Assembly: GCA_963803555.1 (NCBI GenBank)
Contig: CAWDMZ010000002.1
Location: 283,052-347,051, forward strand
Source: an uncultured Alphaproteobacteria bacterium
GTDB taxonomy: Bacteria > Pseudomonadota > Alphaproteobacteria > Micavibrionales > Micavibrionaceae
Reading direction: 5' to 3'
Length of the DNA: 64,000 nucleotides
The notes beneath the pieces are model-generated. The model was given only the letters and a program-made list of their open reading frames with translations, was not told the DNA's origin and ran no database searches. A program made the translations under genes and the position numbers. Positions 41,865 through 51,365 of the stretch are shown piece by piece; the first letter of the stretch is position 1; each line of letters starts with the position of its first letter.

Positions 41865-42722
41865 ATGAATGAAATATCCGCAAAAAACACTCAAGTCTTT
41901 ACAGAGCTTTCAGAACAGGAGCTCATCACATTGCGTGAAGCTAAAAAAAATCTTACAGAAGTTCCATTTGCAATGAAAGCGCTCAATGCGTTGGGAACTC
42001 CTATAGATAAGGGAATAGCCTTGGTGCCTGAAAAATATCAAAGTAAGATTACCGAAACCGTGAAGAAAGCGCTTGAGATAAGTGTGAAGGCTAACCTTAA
42101 AACGTTCAAGGACCGTAAAAGTAATATCAAAGCTTCTAATGGTATGTACAAAGTGGTAACCACAGGAACAGGATTTGTGGGTGGATTTTTTGGATTGGCT
42201 GGTTTCACAGCAGATATCCTCTTAAGTACCAAATTTTTAATGCGTTCTATTATGGACATTGCTCGTAGTCAGGGCGAGGATATTACAGATCCAGAAGTGC
42301 AGCTGCAATGTTTACAGGTCTTTGCTTTAGGCGGAGGTTCTCCAGATGATGACGCGCTAGATAGTAGTTATTATGGTATTCGGATCGCTCTTGACCAGGC
42401 CCTTTCTCAAATAGCCTCTAGTGTGGCAAAACAAGGAGCCAAAAAATTTTTGCAGGCCATTGCGGCAAATGCTCCAGGAGCAGCGGGAGGTTTTCTCAGT
42501 AAAATTATCTCGAGATATAGTGTTCAAGTATTAGACAAGTTTGCCGCTCAGGCTATTCCAATCGTGGGAGCCGCGACAGGCGCTGGTCTCAATCTGGTTT
42601 TTCTAACACACTTTCAAAAAGTTGCTACTGCTCATTTTACCATCAAGAGGTTAGAAAGACAGTACGGTAAAGAGGTCATAATGGAAATGTATCACACTAT
42701 TGATGTCCCATCAACAGAGTAA
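41865..42722 (+). CDS. EcsC family protein
   Basis: The pattern ALNALGTPIDKGIALVPEKYQSKITETVKKALE plus a Gly/Ala-rich hydrophobic core resembles EcsC (recalled from memory). ATG at 41865 is preferred. Confidence 0.5.
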   Translation: MNEISAKNTQVFTELSEQELITLREAKKNLTEVPFAMKALNALGTPIDKGIALVPEKYQSKITETVKKALEISVKANLKTFKDRKSNIKASNGMYKVVTTGTGFVGGFFGLAGFTADILLSTKFLMRSIMDIARSQGEDITDPEVQLQCLQVFALGGGSPDDDALDSSYYGIRIALDQALSQIASSVAKQGAKKFLQAIAANAPGAAGGFLSKIISRYSVQVLDKFAAQAIPIVGAATGAGLNLVFLTHFQKVATAHFTIKRLERQYGKEVIMEMYHTIDVPSTE

Positions 42723-42864
42723 TCGCCCAGTTCTTTACAAACCATTAATTAAGTAGATAACAACAAAAGATCGCTGCAGAACCAGTTCTTAGGAGTAGTA
42801 AGCCCTATAAAGTTTCTGTTTACTGTTGAATCAATTCTCTATGCGATTGAGATGTAGGTTTTAA

Positions 42865-42881
42865 GCTTGCGCGAAAGCGAA
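42865..42881. repeat. TTTCGCGAAA-core palindromic element, degenerate copy
   Basis: gcttgcgcgaaagcgaa, intergenic, 34 nt beyond the response-regulator stop. Confidence 0.5.
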
Positions 42882-42914
42882 CTGAAATATGCCGCGGGAC
42901 ATCTTTCTTCTATC

Positions 42915-43640
42915 CTATAAAATTAATTCCTTAATCCTATCTGCATAACTCCTGCTTACTTTAAGTTTTTCATTATTCTTGAGTATTAAAATATAGCTTT
43001 TTCCATACCGGGCAACTTCTTTTACAGCAGGGAGACTTACGATCGTACTGCGGTGAATACGCATAAACTGCTTAGGATTGAGTTTTTCCTCGAGTGATGA
43101 GATCCCTCTATTACTGAGGTATGCCTCTTTATCATCATAAATTTTAGAATAATCACCATACGCCTCAACATAGAAAATATCTTGAGTGGCTAGGGTGACA
43201 TATTTTGAGCCCTTCTCTGCAATAATCCGATCTGGGAAATCGGCTTTTTTCATAATGTGTTGATCTGCAAGTGGGGCAATCTGTCGTGGGGCATTATCCT
43301 TTATTTTCGAAATGGCTTTATCAAAACGATCGCGTGTATATGGTTTTAAGAGATAGTCTACCGCGTGCACTTCAAATGCCTTCAGCGCATATTTATCGTA
43401 AGCGGTACTAAAAATAATAGTAGGTAATTCTTCCAGATGTTCTAATACATCAAAACCCGTGAGTCCGGGCATCTGGATATCCATAAATACCAGATCTGGT
43501 TTAAACTCATTGATGATCTTAATGGCATCTACACCATTGTTTGCCTCACCTACGAGAATAAGATCCTTATAATTCTCTAGGTATTCTTTGATAAGCAGTC
43601 TTCCCGACTTCTCATCATCTACAATTACCACCTTCTTCAT
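42915..43640 (-). CDS. LytTR/AlgR family response regulator
   Basis: Receiver domain (DLVFMDIQMPGLTG) plus a C-terminal LytTR DNA-binding domain (FMRIHRSTIVSL). Confidence 0.9.
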   Translation of the reverse strand: MKKVVIVDDEKSGRLLIKEYLENYKDLILVGEANNGVDAIKIINEFKPDLVFMDIQMPGLTGFDVLEHLEELPTIIFSTAYDKYALKAFEVHAVDYLLKPYTRDRFDKAISKIKDNAPRQIAPLADQHIMKKADFPDRIIAEKGSKYVTLATQDIFYVEAYGDYSKIYDDKEAYLSNRGISSLEEKLNPKQFMRIHRSTIVSLPAVKEVARYGKSYILILKNNEKLKVSRSYADRIKELIL

Positions 43641-44692
43641 AACTCGAACTGTACTTTGAGTCCGCTAGGAAAGTTGTCTGATACCTTGAGAGAAGATTGA
43701 TACATTTTTTGCAAGCGTTTTTGTGTATTGCTTAATCCTACACCAAGATTGAAGATAGCTTCCTTATCGGCTACTCCTACTCCAGTATCGTTAATTTCGA
43801 AGATAAGTTTGTTATGCTCTTCGGTAATGATGATATCAATTTTTCCACCTTTTACTAAAGGTGAAATCCCATGTTTAATCGAGTTTTCTACCAGTGGCTG
43901 CAGGATCATAGGAGGAATTTCTCGCGAAAGCAACCTACTGGCCACCTGCATATTAATTTCCAACCGATCCTCAAACCGCTTCTGCTCAAGTTTAAGATAC
44001 TTATTTACAAATTCCAGCTCTTCTTCTAATGTTACAAGATCCTCCCTACTTGCTTTTAGTTGGTATCTAAAAAGATCTGAGAGCTCTGCAATCATCTCCC
44101 GTGTTTCTTCCATTTCCTTTGGAACGCTTGCATTAATGGTATTAAAAACATTGTATAAAAAATGCGGATTGAGCTGTGCTTTAATAGCACTCAACTCGCT
44201 TTTGAGCGCTGTATTCTTAAGCTCAATCTCGTATTGCAACTTGCGCTGATTGATGACATAGTGCTCATACGCGTGTATGAGCGCAAACTGTATCAAATAG
44301 ATAAGCGTGGGGATATAGATATCCCATACTTGAAAGGCTCCGCTCAAGTGGCCTAACGCTAGCAAATCACTAATTAAGTAATACACACGCCACGAAAAAA
44401 GCACAAACAAAGGAAGACCAATGATATGAAGTGCTAGTCGCTTTCCTAAAGACCACTGACTAAAAATCCGAAATATAAAAACCCAGATAATCCCAGTTCC
44501 AACAAGCATAATCCCATATTGCAGACCTGAATCATCAAACCAATTAGATGGAGTAAAGAGAACATCTTCCTCTCTCGTAAAACCTAAACGATTTATATAG
44601 AGGGTGATATGATAAATAAGGGACAGTATTAGGTATGTACCCAACAAAGCCCCTAATTCATACATCTTAATTCCGAAAATCTCTTTTTTCAT
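43637..44692 (-). CDS. LytS/YehU-type sensor histidine kinase (His_kinase + HATPase_c)
   Basis: Four or five TM helices, the H-box LNPHFLYNVFNTI, and N/G boxes (LVENSIKHG, DTGVG). It overlaps the RR start by 4 nt. Confidence 0.85.
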   Translation of the reverse strand: MKKEIFGIKMYELGALLGTYLILSLIYHITLYINRLGFTREEDVLFTPSNWFDDSGLQYGIMLVGTGIIWVFIFRIFSQWSLGKRLALHIIGLPLFVLFSWRVYYLISDLLALGHLSGAFQVWDIYIPTLIYLIQFALIHAYEHYVINQRKLQYEIELKNTALKSELSAIKAQLNPHFLYNVFNTINASVPKEMEETREMIAELSDLFRYQLKASREDLVTLEEELEFVNKYLKLEQKRFEDRLEINMQVASRLLSREIPPMILQPLVENSIKHGISPLVKGGKIDIIITEEHNKLIFEINDTGVGVADKEAIFNLGVGLSNTQKRLQKMYQSSLKVSDNFPSGLKVQFEL

Positions 44693-45382
44693 TTAGTTGT
44701 TCTTTTCAAAGACATACCAGATTTCTTTATTTTGAGGATTATAGCTCAATTTAATGATTCCTAAATTAGTGTAAATAAGGTATTTTCCTTCCATTTTTAA
44801 AGATTTACCATATTGCCAAGCTTCTGCTTTGCCATCTCTATAGTAGAAAACAACGTCATTATTGAACTCGATACTGGTGTCATATCCAGTTTTATTGTCA
44901 TAGTCAAAGAAGCGTGTTTGAGTCATCACAAGTCCATTACTCGTTCCTTTCCAAGCTCCAGAAGTCTTTCCTTTTTTAGAAGTTACATAGTCTTCATCTT
45001 TATTTGAGCGAATGGAATTTTGACCTTTTTTAAAACGTCCAAAATCATACGGATTACTACCATCATATTCATAGTCAGATTCCTCCATCACTAGTGTTCC
45101 ACTTGACAGTTCATAAGTGTCAGGCTCATCACTCCAAGCGGTAAATACCCAGAGTGTTATAGGTTCTGTTATTGTATATTCTTTTAATTCTTCAAGTTGA
45201 CTGGGCGATAGTACCGCATTTCCACTGGCATCCTCGGCTACAAATCCTGTTCCCGGTGGATAGCTTATTTCCTGATGGTTGTCAAGTTTAATTTTTAGAT
45301 AAGTGTGCTTTTCTGTGGTTTCGGCTGTTACGATCGTAATAGTACACAGAAGGCTTATCAAAAGTGAAATTATCGTTTTCAT
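44693..45382 (-). CDS. Secreted hypothetical protein, first gene of the LytTR two-component operon
   Basis: Signal peptide (TIVTAETTE). Its stop abuts the kinase start. I recognise no motif. Confidence 0.5.
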   Translation of the reverse strand: MKTIISLLISLLCTITIVTAETTEKHTYLKIKLDNHQEISYPPGTGFVAEDASGNAVLSPSQLEELKEYTITEPITLWVFTAWSDEPDTYELSSGTLVMEESDYEYDGSNPYDFGRFKKGQNSIRSNKDEDYVTSKKGKTSGAWKGTSNGLVMTQTRFFDYDNKTGYDTSIEFNNDVVFYYRDGKAEAWQYGKSLKMEGKYLIYTNLGIIKLSYNPQNKEIWYVFEKNN

Positions 45383-45568
45383 AGTTCATACGTTTTTAGT
45401 TCAGTTTAAAAGTACAGGCATTATACTAGTAAATCTAGATCCTTTCGACGAAGCGCCCTATGCGTCGTCCAGTTGCCATAAGCCCGCCCGTCGAGGTATA
45501 AGACCACTGGTCGGTTTGATCTTAAGTTATAGAAGATCTCTGTAGAGTTTTGCTTTAAATAATGGACT

Positions 45569-47960
45569 ATGAAATCTACCTATAAGCTTATCACAATTTT
45601 TATTCTTTTTTCCGCTTTCGCGAAAGCGCAAACACTTAAAGGCACCGTTCTAGATCAGAGCAAGGCGCCATTACCATTTGTAAACGTCATCTTGAATACT
45701 CCAAAAGGGGACCTTGTAAAAGCGACCACCACAAATGAAAAAGGAGCTTTTACAATCACAGAAATCAAGAATGGAACTTTCAATTTAAAAATCTCCTACG
45801 TGGGTTTTGAAACTGAAACACGAGAAATAATCATCGATAAAAGTCTTACAATTCAACCCGCTATCGTTCTCAAGCTGGCTACAGAATCTCTGGACGCCGT
45901 GACCATCGTTGCCGAAAAACCTATGATACAAGTAGAACCGGATAAAACTATTTTTAACGTGGCTGGTACCGTGAGCAGTGCAGGGCTTAATGGCTTAGAA
46001 TTATTACGTAAAGCTCCAGGTGTGCGCTTAGATAACAATAACAGTGTCATTGTTGAAGGTAAAACGGGCGTTCTTATTTATATAGATGGAAGACAGAGTT
46101 TTTTACAAGGAGATGATCTTACCGCATTTTTACAGTCCTTGCAAGCAGATACGATTGAGAGTATTGAAATTATCACACAACCCTCTTCTAAATACGATGC
46201 GGCGGGAAATGCAGGGATTATCAATATTAAACTTAAAAGAGAAAAAGGACTCGGAACTCGAGGTAGCGTATCTAGTACAGTAACCGTAGGTAATTTTGCT
46301 CGAACCAATAACGCTATCAATCTCACTAGCCGACTCAAAAATTGGAATATCTACGGCACTTATTCTAATTATCTAGGCCGCTCTACGGGATTTCTAGATC
46401 TCTACAGAATACAAGGAGATAAGATTTTTGATGCTCAAAACGATGCTGAGTACGATGGTTTTTCTAATAACTTTAGAACAGGTACAGATTACTACCTTTC
46501 TAAAAAAAGTACCCTAGGCGCGGTTGTTACCCTCAACCTCAACGATTCAGAATCGCGATCAACTAATAGAACATCCATCATCGACAGACAGACCAGCACG
46601 ATTGATAGTATCCTCCGTGCGCCCAATAGATCTAATACACATACCGTAAACTTCAATACAAATATAAATTACCGCTACCAAGACACCATTGGCACAAGTC
46701 TAAGTGCAGATCTGGATTATGGCCGTTACACTAGAGATCGCTTTAATAATCAGCCTAACTTGTATGTATCTCCAGAAGGCGAAATACTCAACGCAATCAT
46801 CACCTATCAAGAAACACCGATACTCATTGACATCTTTGCAACCAAAATAGATTATGAGCAAAAACTAGGTAAAGGAACTTTGGAAACAGGAGCTAAAGTA
46901 TCTCAAGTAATCACCGACAATAGCTTTAATTTTTTCGATGTTATAAATGATGTAAATCTGCTCAATACAAACCGCAGCAATCAATTTGAGTACCATGAGA
47001 ATATTTATGCGGGGTATCTTAAGTACCATACGAGTTTTGGTAAGTGGAAAATTCAAGGTGGATTCCGTGTAGAAAGTACCGATTCACAGGGCGATCTTAC
47101 CGCTACAGAAGAGGGTGAAAATGAGTCTGTAAGTCGTCTGTACACAAATCTATTTCCCTCCGCTGGGGTTGACATATCAGGCTGATCAAAAAAACTCACT
47201 CGCGCTTTCGTATAGCAGACGCATCCAGCGACCTAGTTATCAAGACCTCAACCCTTTCGAATATCAGCTTGATGAGTTGAGTTTCAGTAGAGGCAATCCG
47301 TTTTTACAACCTCAGTATACAGACAATTTTAAAATCTCTCATACCTATAAATACACCCTCACATCCAGTTTAAGTTACTCTTACGTTTCAGACTTTTTTG
47401 CGCGAGTTACGGAGGCTGTTGGTGAAAATAGAAATTTTTTAAGTACCCGTAATGTGGCAGATCAAGAAGTGTTTAATATGAGCATTTCATATCCCTTCAA
47501 GGTAAACGACTGGTGGCGTGCATATGCAAATATGTATGGATCCTTAACAACCTATATTGCTACAGATCCAGCATTTATATCCACCGCACAAGAGACCTTT
47601 GGCTTTTATGCTCAGAACACGTTTAGCCTACCTAAAAATTTTAAAGTGGAAATAAGCGGGTGGTACAGCAGCCCCTCCATTTGGGGTGGAACATATCAAA
47701 CCGAGAGCCTAGGCTCTCTGAACCTCGCCGTTCAAAAAACGTGGAAAAATTGGACGGGGAAAGTGACACTCAACGATGCATTGTATACTATTCCTTGGCG
47801 TGGTACAACTCAGTTTGGAGATCTATTTATAGACGGTCGAGGTGGAGGCGATAGTCGCAATATCAATTTTTACGTACAATACACCTTTGGAAATAAAGAA
47901 GTAAAAGATGCTGCCAAACGTAATGGAAGTCTTGAAGATGAAAAAGGGCGAATTGATTAA
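45569..47960 (+). pseudogene. TonB-dependent-receptor-like outer-membrane barrel (CarboxypepD_reg + plug + barrel) broken by an extra G in a G4 run
   Basis: ORF 45569-47185 ends ...LFPSAGVDISG*. ORF 47169-47960 begins (L)TYQADQKNSLALSYSRRIQRPSYQDLNPFEY. Deleting one G of GGGG (47165-47168) gives a continuous LFPSAGLTYQADQKNS. Confidence 0.75.
45613..45628. repeat. TTTCGCGAAA-core palindromic element, perfect 16-mer
   Basis: Inside the receptor signal peptide, read as SAFAKAQ (an AxA cleavage region). Confidence 0.85.
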
Positions 47961-47973
47961 AAAAAGAACTTTT

Positions 47974-47991
47974 ACGCTTTCGCGAAAATGC
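47974..47991. repeat. TTTCGCGAAA-core palindromic element
   Basis: acgctttcgcgaaaatgc, 14 nt after the stop at 47960. The 20-mer tacgctttcgcgaaaatgct is identical to the copy at 52838-52857. Confidence 0.75.
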
Positions 47992-48087
47992 TACTTAGAT
48001 TTTGGCAAAAGCGTAAAATATAAGCCTCTTACATACTGCTTGTTAACCTTTTATAAAAAATTCTCACTAAAGGTAAAACAAACTATT

Positions 48088-49548
48088 ATGAGCACACCTA
48101 TAAACTACCGTGTAAAAGAGTTTCTACCTTCTAAGCACGCATTTAAATTTAAAAACAGTTTTAAATTTTCTAACCTCGTTCCAGATCTTGGTATCAACTT
48201 AGATAGTAAAGTAGGCGATAGCGCCTACGGTCTGTGTGGCGGAATTGTACATTGCGCCCACGAGTTGTTCTTACATAAAGAACCTATCCCCAATATAACG
48301 AATGAGCCAGGACTTTCAGATCCTATTTATTATTACATCACAGAAGGACTTCTTGATACCTTTGGCACTAGGCTGAGTAATATGCGCAAGATGATAGACT
48401 ATCACGGGATGAAGGATGGAAAAGAACGTCTGCCAAAAATAAGCTTGGTACAACTAGCCTTCTTAAAGCTTATGATTAAACAAAATAGACTTGCCCAGAT
48501 GATGATTGTTTATCACACCCAAGGAGAAGACAAAGTGTGGAACAATCATCAAGTACTCGCCTACGGCATTGAAGAAAAAGACGAAAAAGGGAAGATTTAC
48601 ATTTATGATCCAAATGTGATTGATGCATCCCTTATTGATAAAGAATTTATTAGCTATGAGATAAAAGACAAGAAAGTTCTAATGGAACAACCTACAAGAT
48701 TAAAAATGAAAAATATTACAGATGATACGGTACACGGCTTTTTCTTAGTTAACCCACCACTACGCGACCCACACCAGAGTATCGCTTACCTAGCATCTTT
48801 GGGGGCCTTTGAAATGATACGCCGCATGCGCACAGAGTTACGTAAAGGAATTCTAGAAATCACAAGAGCGCTTAAGAAGTACTTTAAAATGGCGGATGAA
48901 AAAATCATTGAACTTCTCATCAGAATGCGTTACAAAGTTCAGGACATCGCAGTTATAATGCGCAAATATTATGGTATGGCACCATCAGCTTTTTTTAAAG
49001 CGATGCGCGATGCTCAGGCTAAAATAGAAGACATTGTCAATGCAATACGTCGTGTATACAAAACGGCGATGACTACAGTCTATCAATGGCTTAAGTCTGC
49101 ACGGATAAAAATAGATCAAATCGCTCAAATGTTGAGAACTGCTTACTCTCAAACGGTACAACAAATGGTCAATTTCCTAAAACGAATGAGAATTACAATG
49201 TTAGAGATCGCTGAAATCTTAAGAGAGACTTTTAGAATTACAAAATGGCGCGAATTAGGTGGGATTCTTAAAAATGCTAAATATGCAATCGCAGAAATTG
49301 CAAAATATATGCGTAGCATCGCAAAGGTGGGTGCTGGTTACTTTGCTAAATGGTTACGTAATGCCTTTCGATATTCGGCAAAAACGATTACCCGATTATT
49401 AAATTCAATTTATAGGTCTTCACTAAAAGATATTGTAGAAATACTATATAGCTGGGTAAAATTTGGTGTAACAACTGTGATAAACGCCGTTAAAAGCGAA
49501 TTAGGCATTGGTAAAGTTAAAGTAATGCGTATCATTGCTGGTATTTAA
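48088..49548 (+). CDS. Orphan protein: N-terminal papain-like (Cys-His-Asp) domain plus eight basic 29-30-aa helical repeats
   Basis: ATG at 48088 (MSTPINY) is preferred, because the track's upstream 60 codons cover the intergenic palindromic element. Candidate triad: C in YGLCGGIVHCA (48235), H in NHQVLAYG (48547), D in IYIYDPN (48607). The repeats occupy 48808-49545. Confidence 0.6.
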   Translation: MSTPINYRVKEFLPSKHAFKFKNSFKFSNLVPDLGINLDSKVGDSAYGLCGGIVHCAHELFLHKEPIPNITNEPGLSDPIYYYITEGLLDTFGTRLSNMRKMIDYHGMKDGKERLPKISLVQLAFLKLMIKQNRLAQMMIVYHTQGEDKVWNNHQVLAYGIEEKDEKGKIYIYDPNVIDASLIDKEFISYEIKDKKVLMEQPTRLKMKNITDDTVHGFFLVNPPLRDPHQSIAYLASLGAFEMIRRMRTELRKGILEITRALKKYFKMADEKIIELLIRMRYKVQDIAVIMRKYYGMAPSAFFKAMRDAQAKIEDIVNAIRRVYKTAMTTVYQWLKSARIKIDQIAQMLRTAYSQTVQQMVNFLKRMRITMLEIAEILRETFRITKWRELGGILKNAKYAIAEIAKYMRSIAKVGAGYFAKWLRNAFRYSAKTITRLLNSIYRSSLKDIVEILYSWVKFGVTTVINAVKSELGIGKVKVMRIIAGI

Positions 49549-49573
49549 GTATCGAACCTCGTAATTTACAGTA

Positions 49574-49604
49574 AAATAGCCGTCCAAAAGATGGCTATTT
49601 TTAG
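49574..49604. terminator. Bidirectional terminator between convergent genes
   Basis: Stem AAATAGCCGTC/GATGGCTATTT with loop CAAAA, followed by a T-run. Confidence 0.7.
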
Positions 49605-49609
49605 TATTT

Positions 49610-51365
49610 CTAATAATTTGTAAACCTAGGTTCAAACCACAAAAAGCCCATTGCCAAAACGAAAGCGATCAAAAACCAAACTCGTGGTATTGGTATATTG
49701 ACGCCCTGATTACTAAATGTTTGGGCCCTGTCTCTGTTAAAATATTCCTCATTGGCTAACTGCTTTTCGTACGTACTTTTGGCTTTAAAAACAGCGCTAT
49801 CAGTAACAAAAAAAGAATAGTTATGCAATGAGTCCTGTTTTACCGATAGGGTATTCCACCCTTTTTCTTTAGGGTACACTGTAACTTCCCAAAGGTCATC
49901 TTGATGCAGATCATTTTTTATAGCGATGCGGATACTGTCGTTTAAATAAACATCAGGGGTTGGAATTTGAGTTTGAAAAATGATCGTAAATGGCTCATCC
50001 ACACGGGAGCGTTGCTGCGGTTCTTCCCAATCTACGAGTTGCTCGTCCCTTTTTGCAATCCCACTCAAAATTTCAGACCATATTGATTTGTAGAGTTGGT
50101 CCTGACCATCAAGCAACCATTGGTAGGTATTTTGAAAAAGAGCCGTTGCAATTTTACCATTATTTCTGATTGTTGCGGCGGCAAGAACATCATCATTTGT
50201 GGTTACTAATGGAACCAAAAGCGCATCTTCCTGGAAACGATAATCAAAGGTAGTGACCACCGCACGGGGCCAATTCACTAAAGAAATAGCATTATTATTT
50301 CTTGTAAACTCAAAATATGATTGCTTTCGCGAAAGCGTAAAAAATCCTCCGTCGGGCTGTATAAATACACCTAATCCTTGTTGCTCTACGCTCGATAGTA
50401 AAGCTGATCTAGACGTGCCTGTGAGACTGGAAAAAGAAGGAGTGTCTAAAATGACGATATCAAAAATCATCTAGATTCTGCTCTGTAAAGCCATAAATCG
50501 CACCTTGCGATCGATTAAAATTTTCAAACTTGTAGGTGTTGCTAGTTATTTGAGAACGCACTAAAACTTCAAAACCTTGCGCTGCTAGAAAGTTCTTAAG
50601 ATACTTGGTCTCAAAGGTTGGGAAATTATTTACGATCAATACACTTATGGGTTGCTTCTTTGAAACCTTTATAGGAATAGGATCGGCAGTGAGGATCCTA
50701 TCAAGAGTATCTGTAGTCACTAAGGTGTAGATAAAATTCCCAACAACATTTACCTCAGTTTTTAAGCTGGATACATGCTCTCCTTTAGCATCCATAATTA
50801 GTGAATCTCTCTTATTTCCGCCTGCGTCTTCCAGAAAAATCTTCGTCCCAACTTTTGCTTTTTTATAGAGACTTTTAACGATAAGAGAGTCGCCAGTGTT
50901 AAGGTTCTTTTCATACTGTAGCTTCACTATTCCTGATGGTAGCTGCGATGGGAGATACACTGTTTTCACTTCTTGAAACTGCCAGAGATCATAAGGCTCA
51001 ACACCATTCCCTAAAATGGTCAGTTCATTTATAGAATCTAAAACTGGTTGCAAATAGTGATTATGAACGTAAGGTATTTCCTTTAGATTCCTAGAGCGCT
51101 CTCTCAAACTATCCAGTTGTTCAGAATTATAATCTGATGTGATCAACACGCCTTTTCTACTCTTTATTTCTCCCTGTTGCGCCGGTCGCAGCACCATCAT
51201 CGCTAGTGTAAACACGGCAATAGCTGCAACTATTGATTTAAAAATGAACCGCTTCCAACCGCTCTGAGTGTACTCTTTCCATAAAAAAATGAGCCAAACA
51301 ACCACCGCTACCGTAGCAACGAGTGCGAGCCATTCACTATGTATGAAAGTCATATTATCGCTCAC
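49610..51365 (-). pseudogene. Membrane protein, last gene of the MoxR cluster, split by an extra T in a T5 run (coding strand)
   Basis: ORF 50460-51365 ends ...FTEQNLDDF*. ORF 49610-50470 starts MIFDIVILDTPSF. Removing one base of the A5 run at 50462-50466 gives a continuous QNLDDFDIVILDTPSF, about 586 aa, with TM helices at both ends. Confidence 0.65.
50322..50339. repeat. TTTCGCGAAA-core palindromic element (14-nt perfect palindrome)
   Basis: tgctttcgcgaaagcgta inside a CDS, read as TLSRKQ. Confidence 0.8.

Noticed and set aside
45437-45522. A cobalamin or fluoride riboswitch upstream of the receptor-like gene. CCACTGG resembles a B12-box fragment and GCCATAAGCC resembles part of the crcB motif.
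   Set aside because: The rest of either consensus is missing (no GGTGAAAATCC-type B12 core and no GATGG pairing partner). The element is too short for a cobalamin riboswitch. It is kept only as an unassigned structured island.
47908-48087. The long N-terminal extension of the orphan protein (track start 47908), and similar extensions at 2664, 21584, 21685, 27608, 41814 and 53661.
   Set aside because: The extensions overlap the preceding gene, a terminator or an intergenic palindromic element. Each also precedes an internal ATG where the family-typical N-terminus or signal peptide begins.
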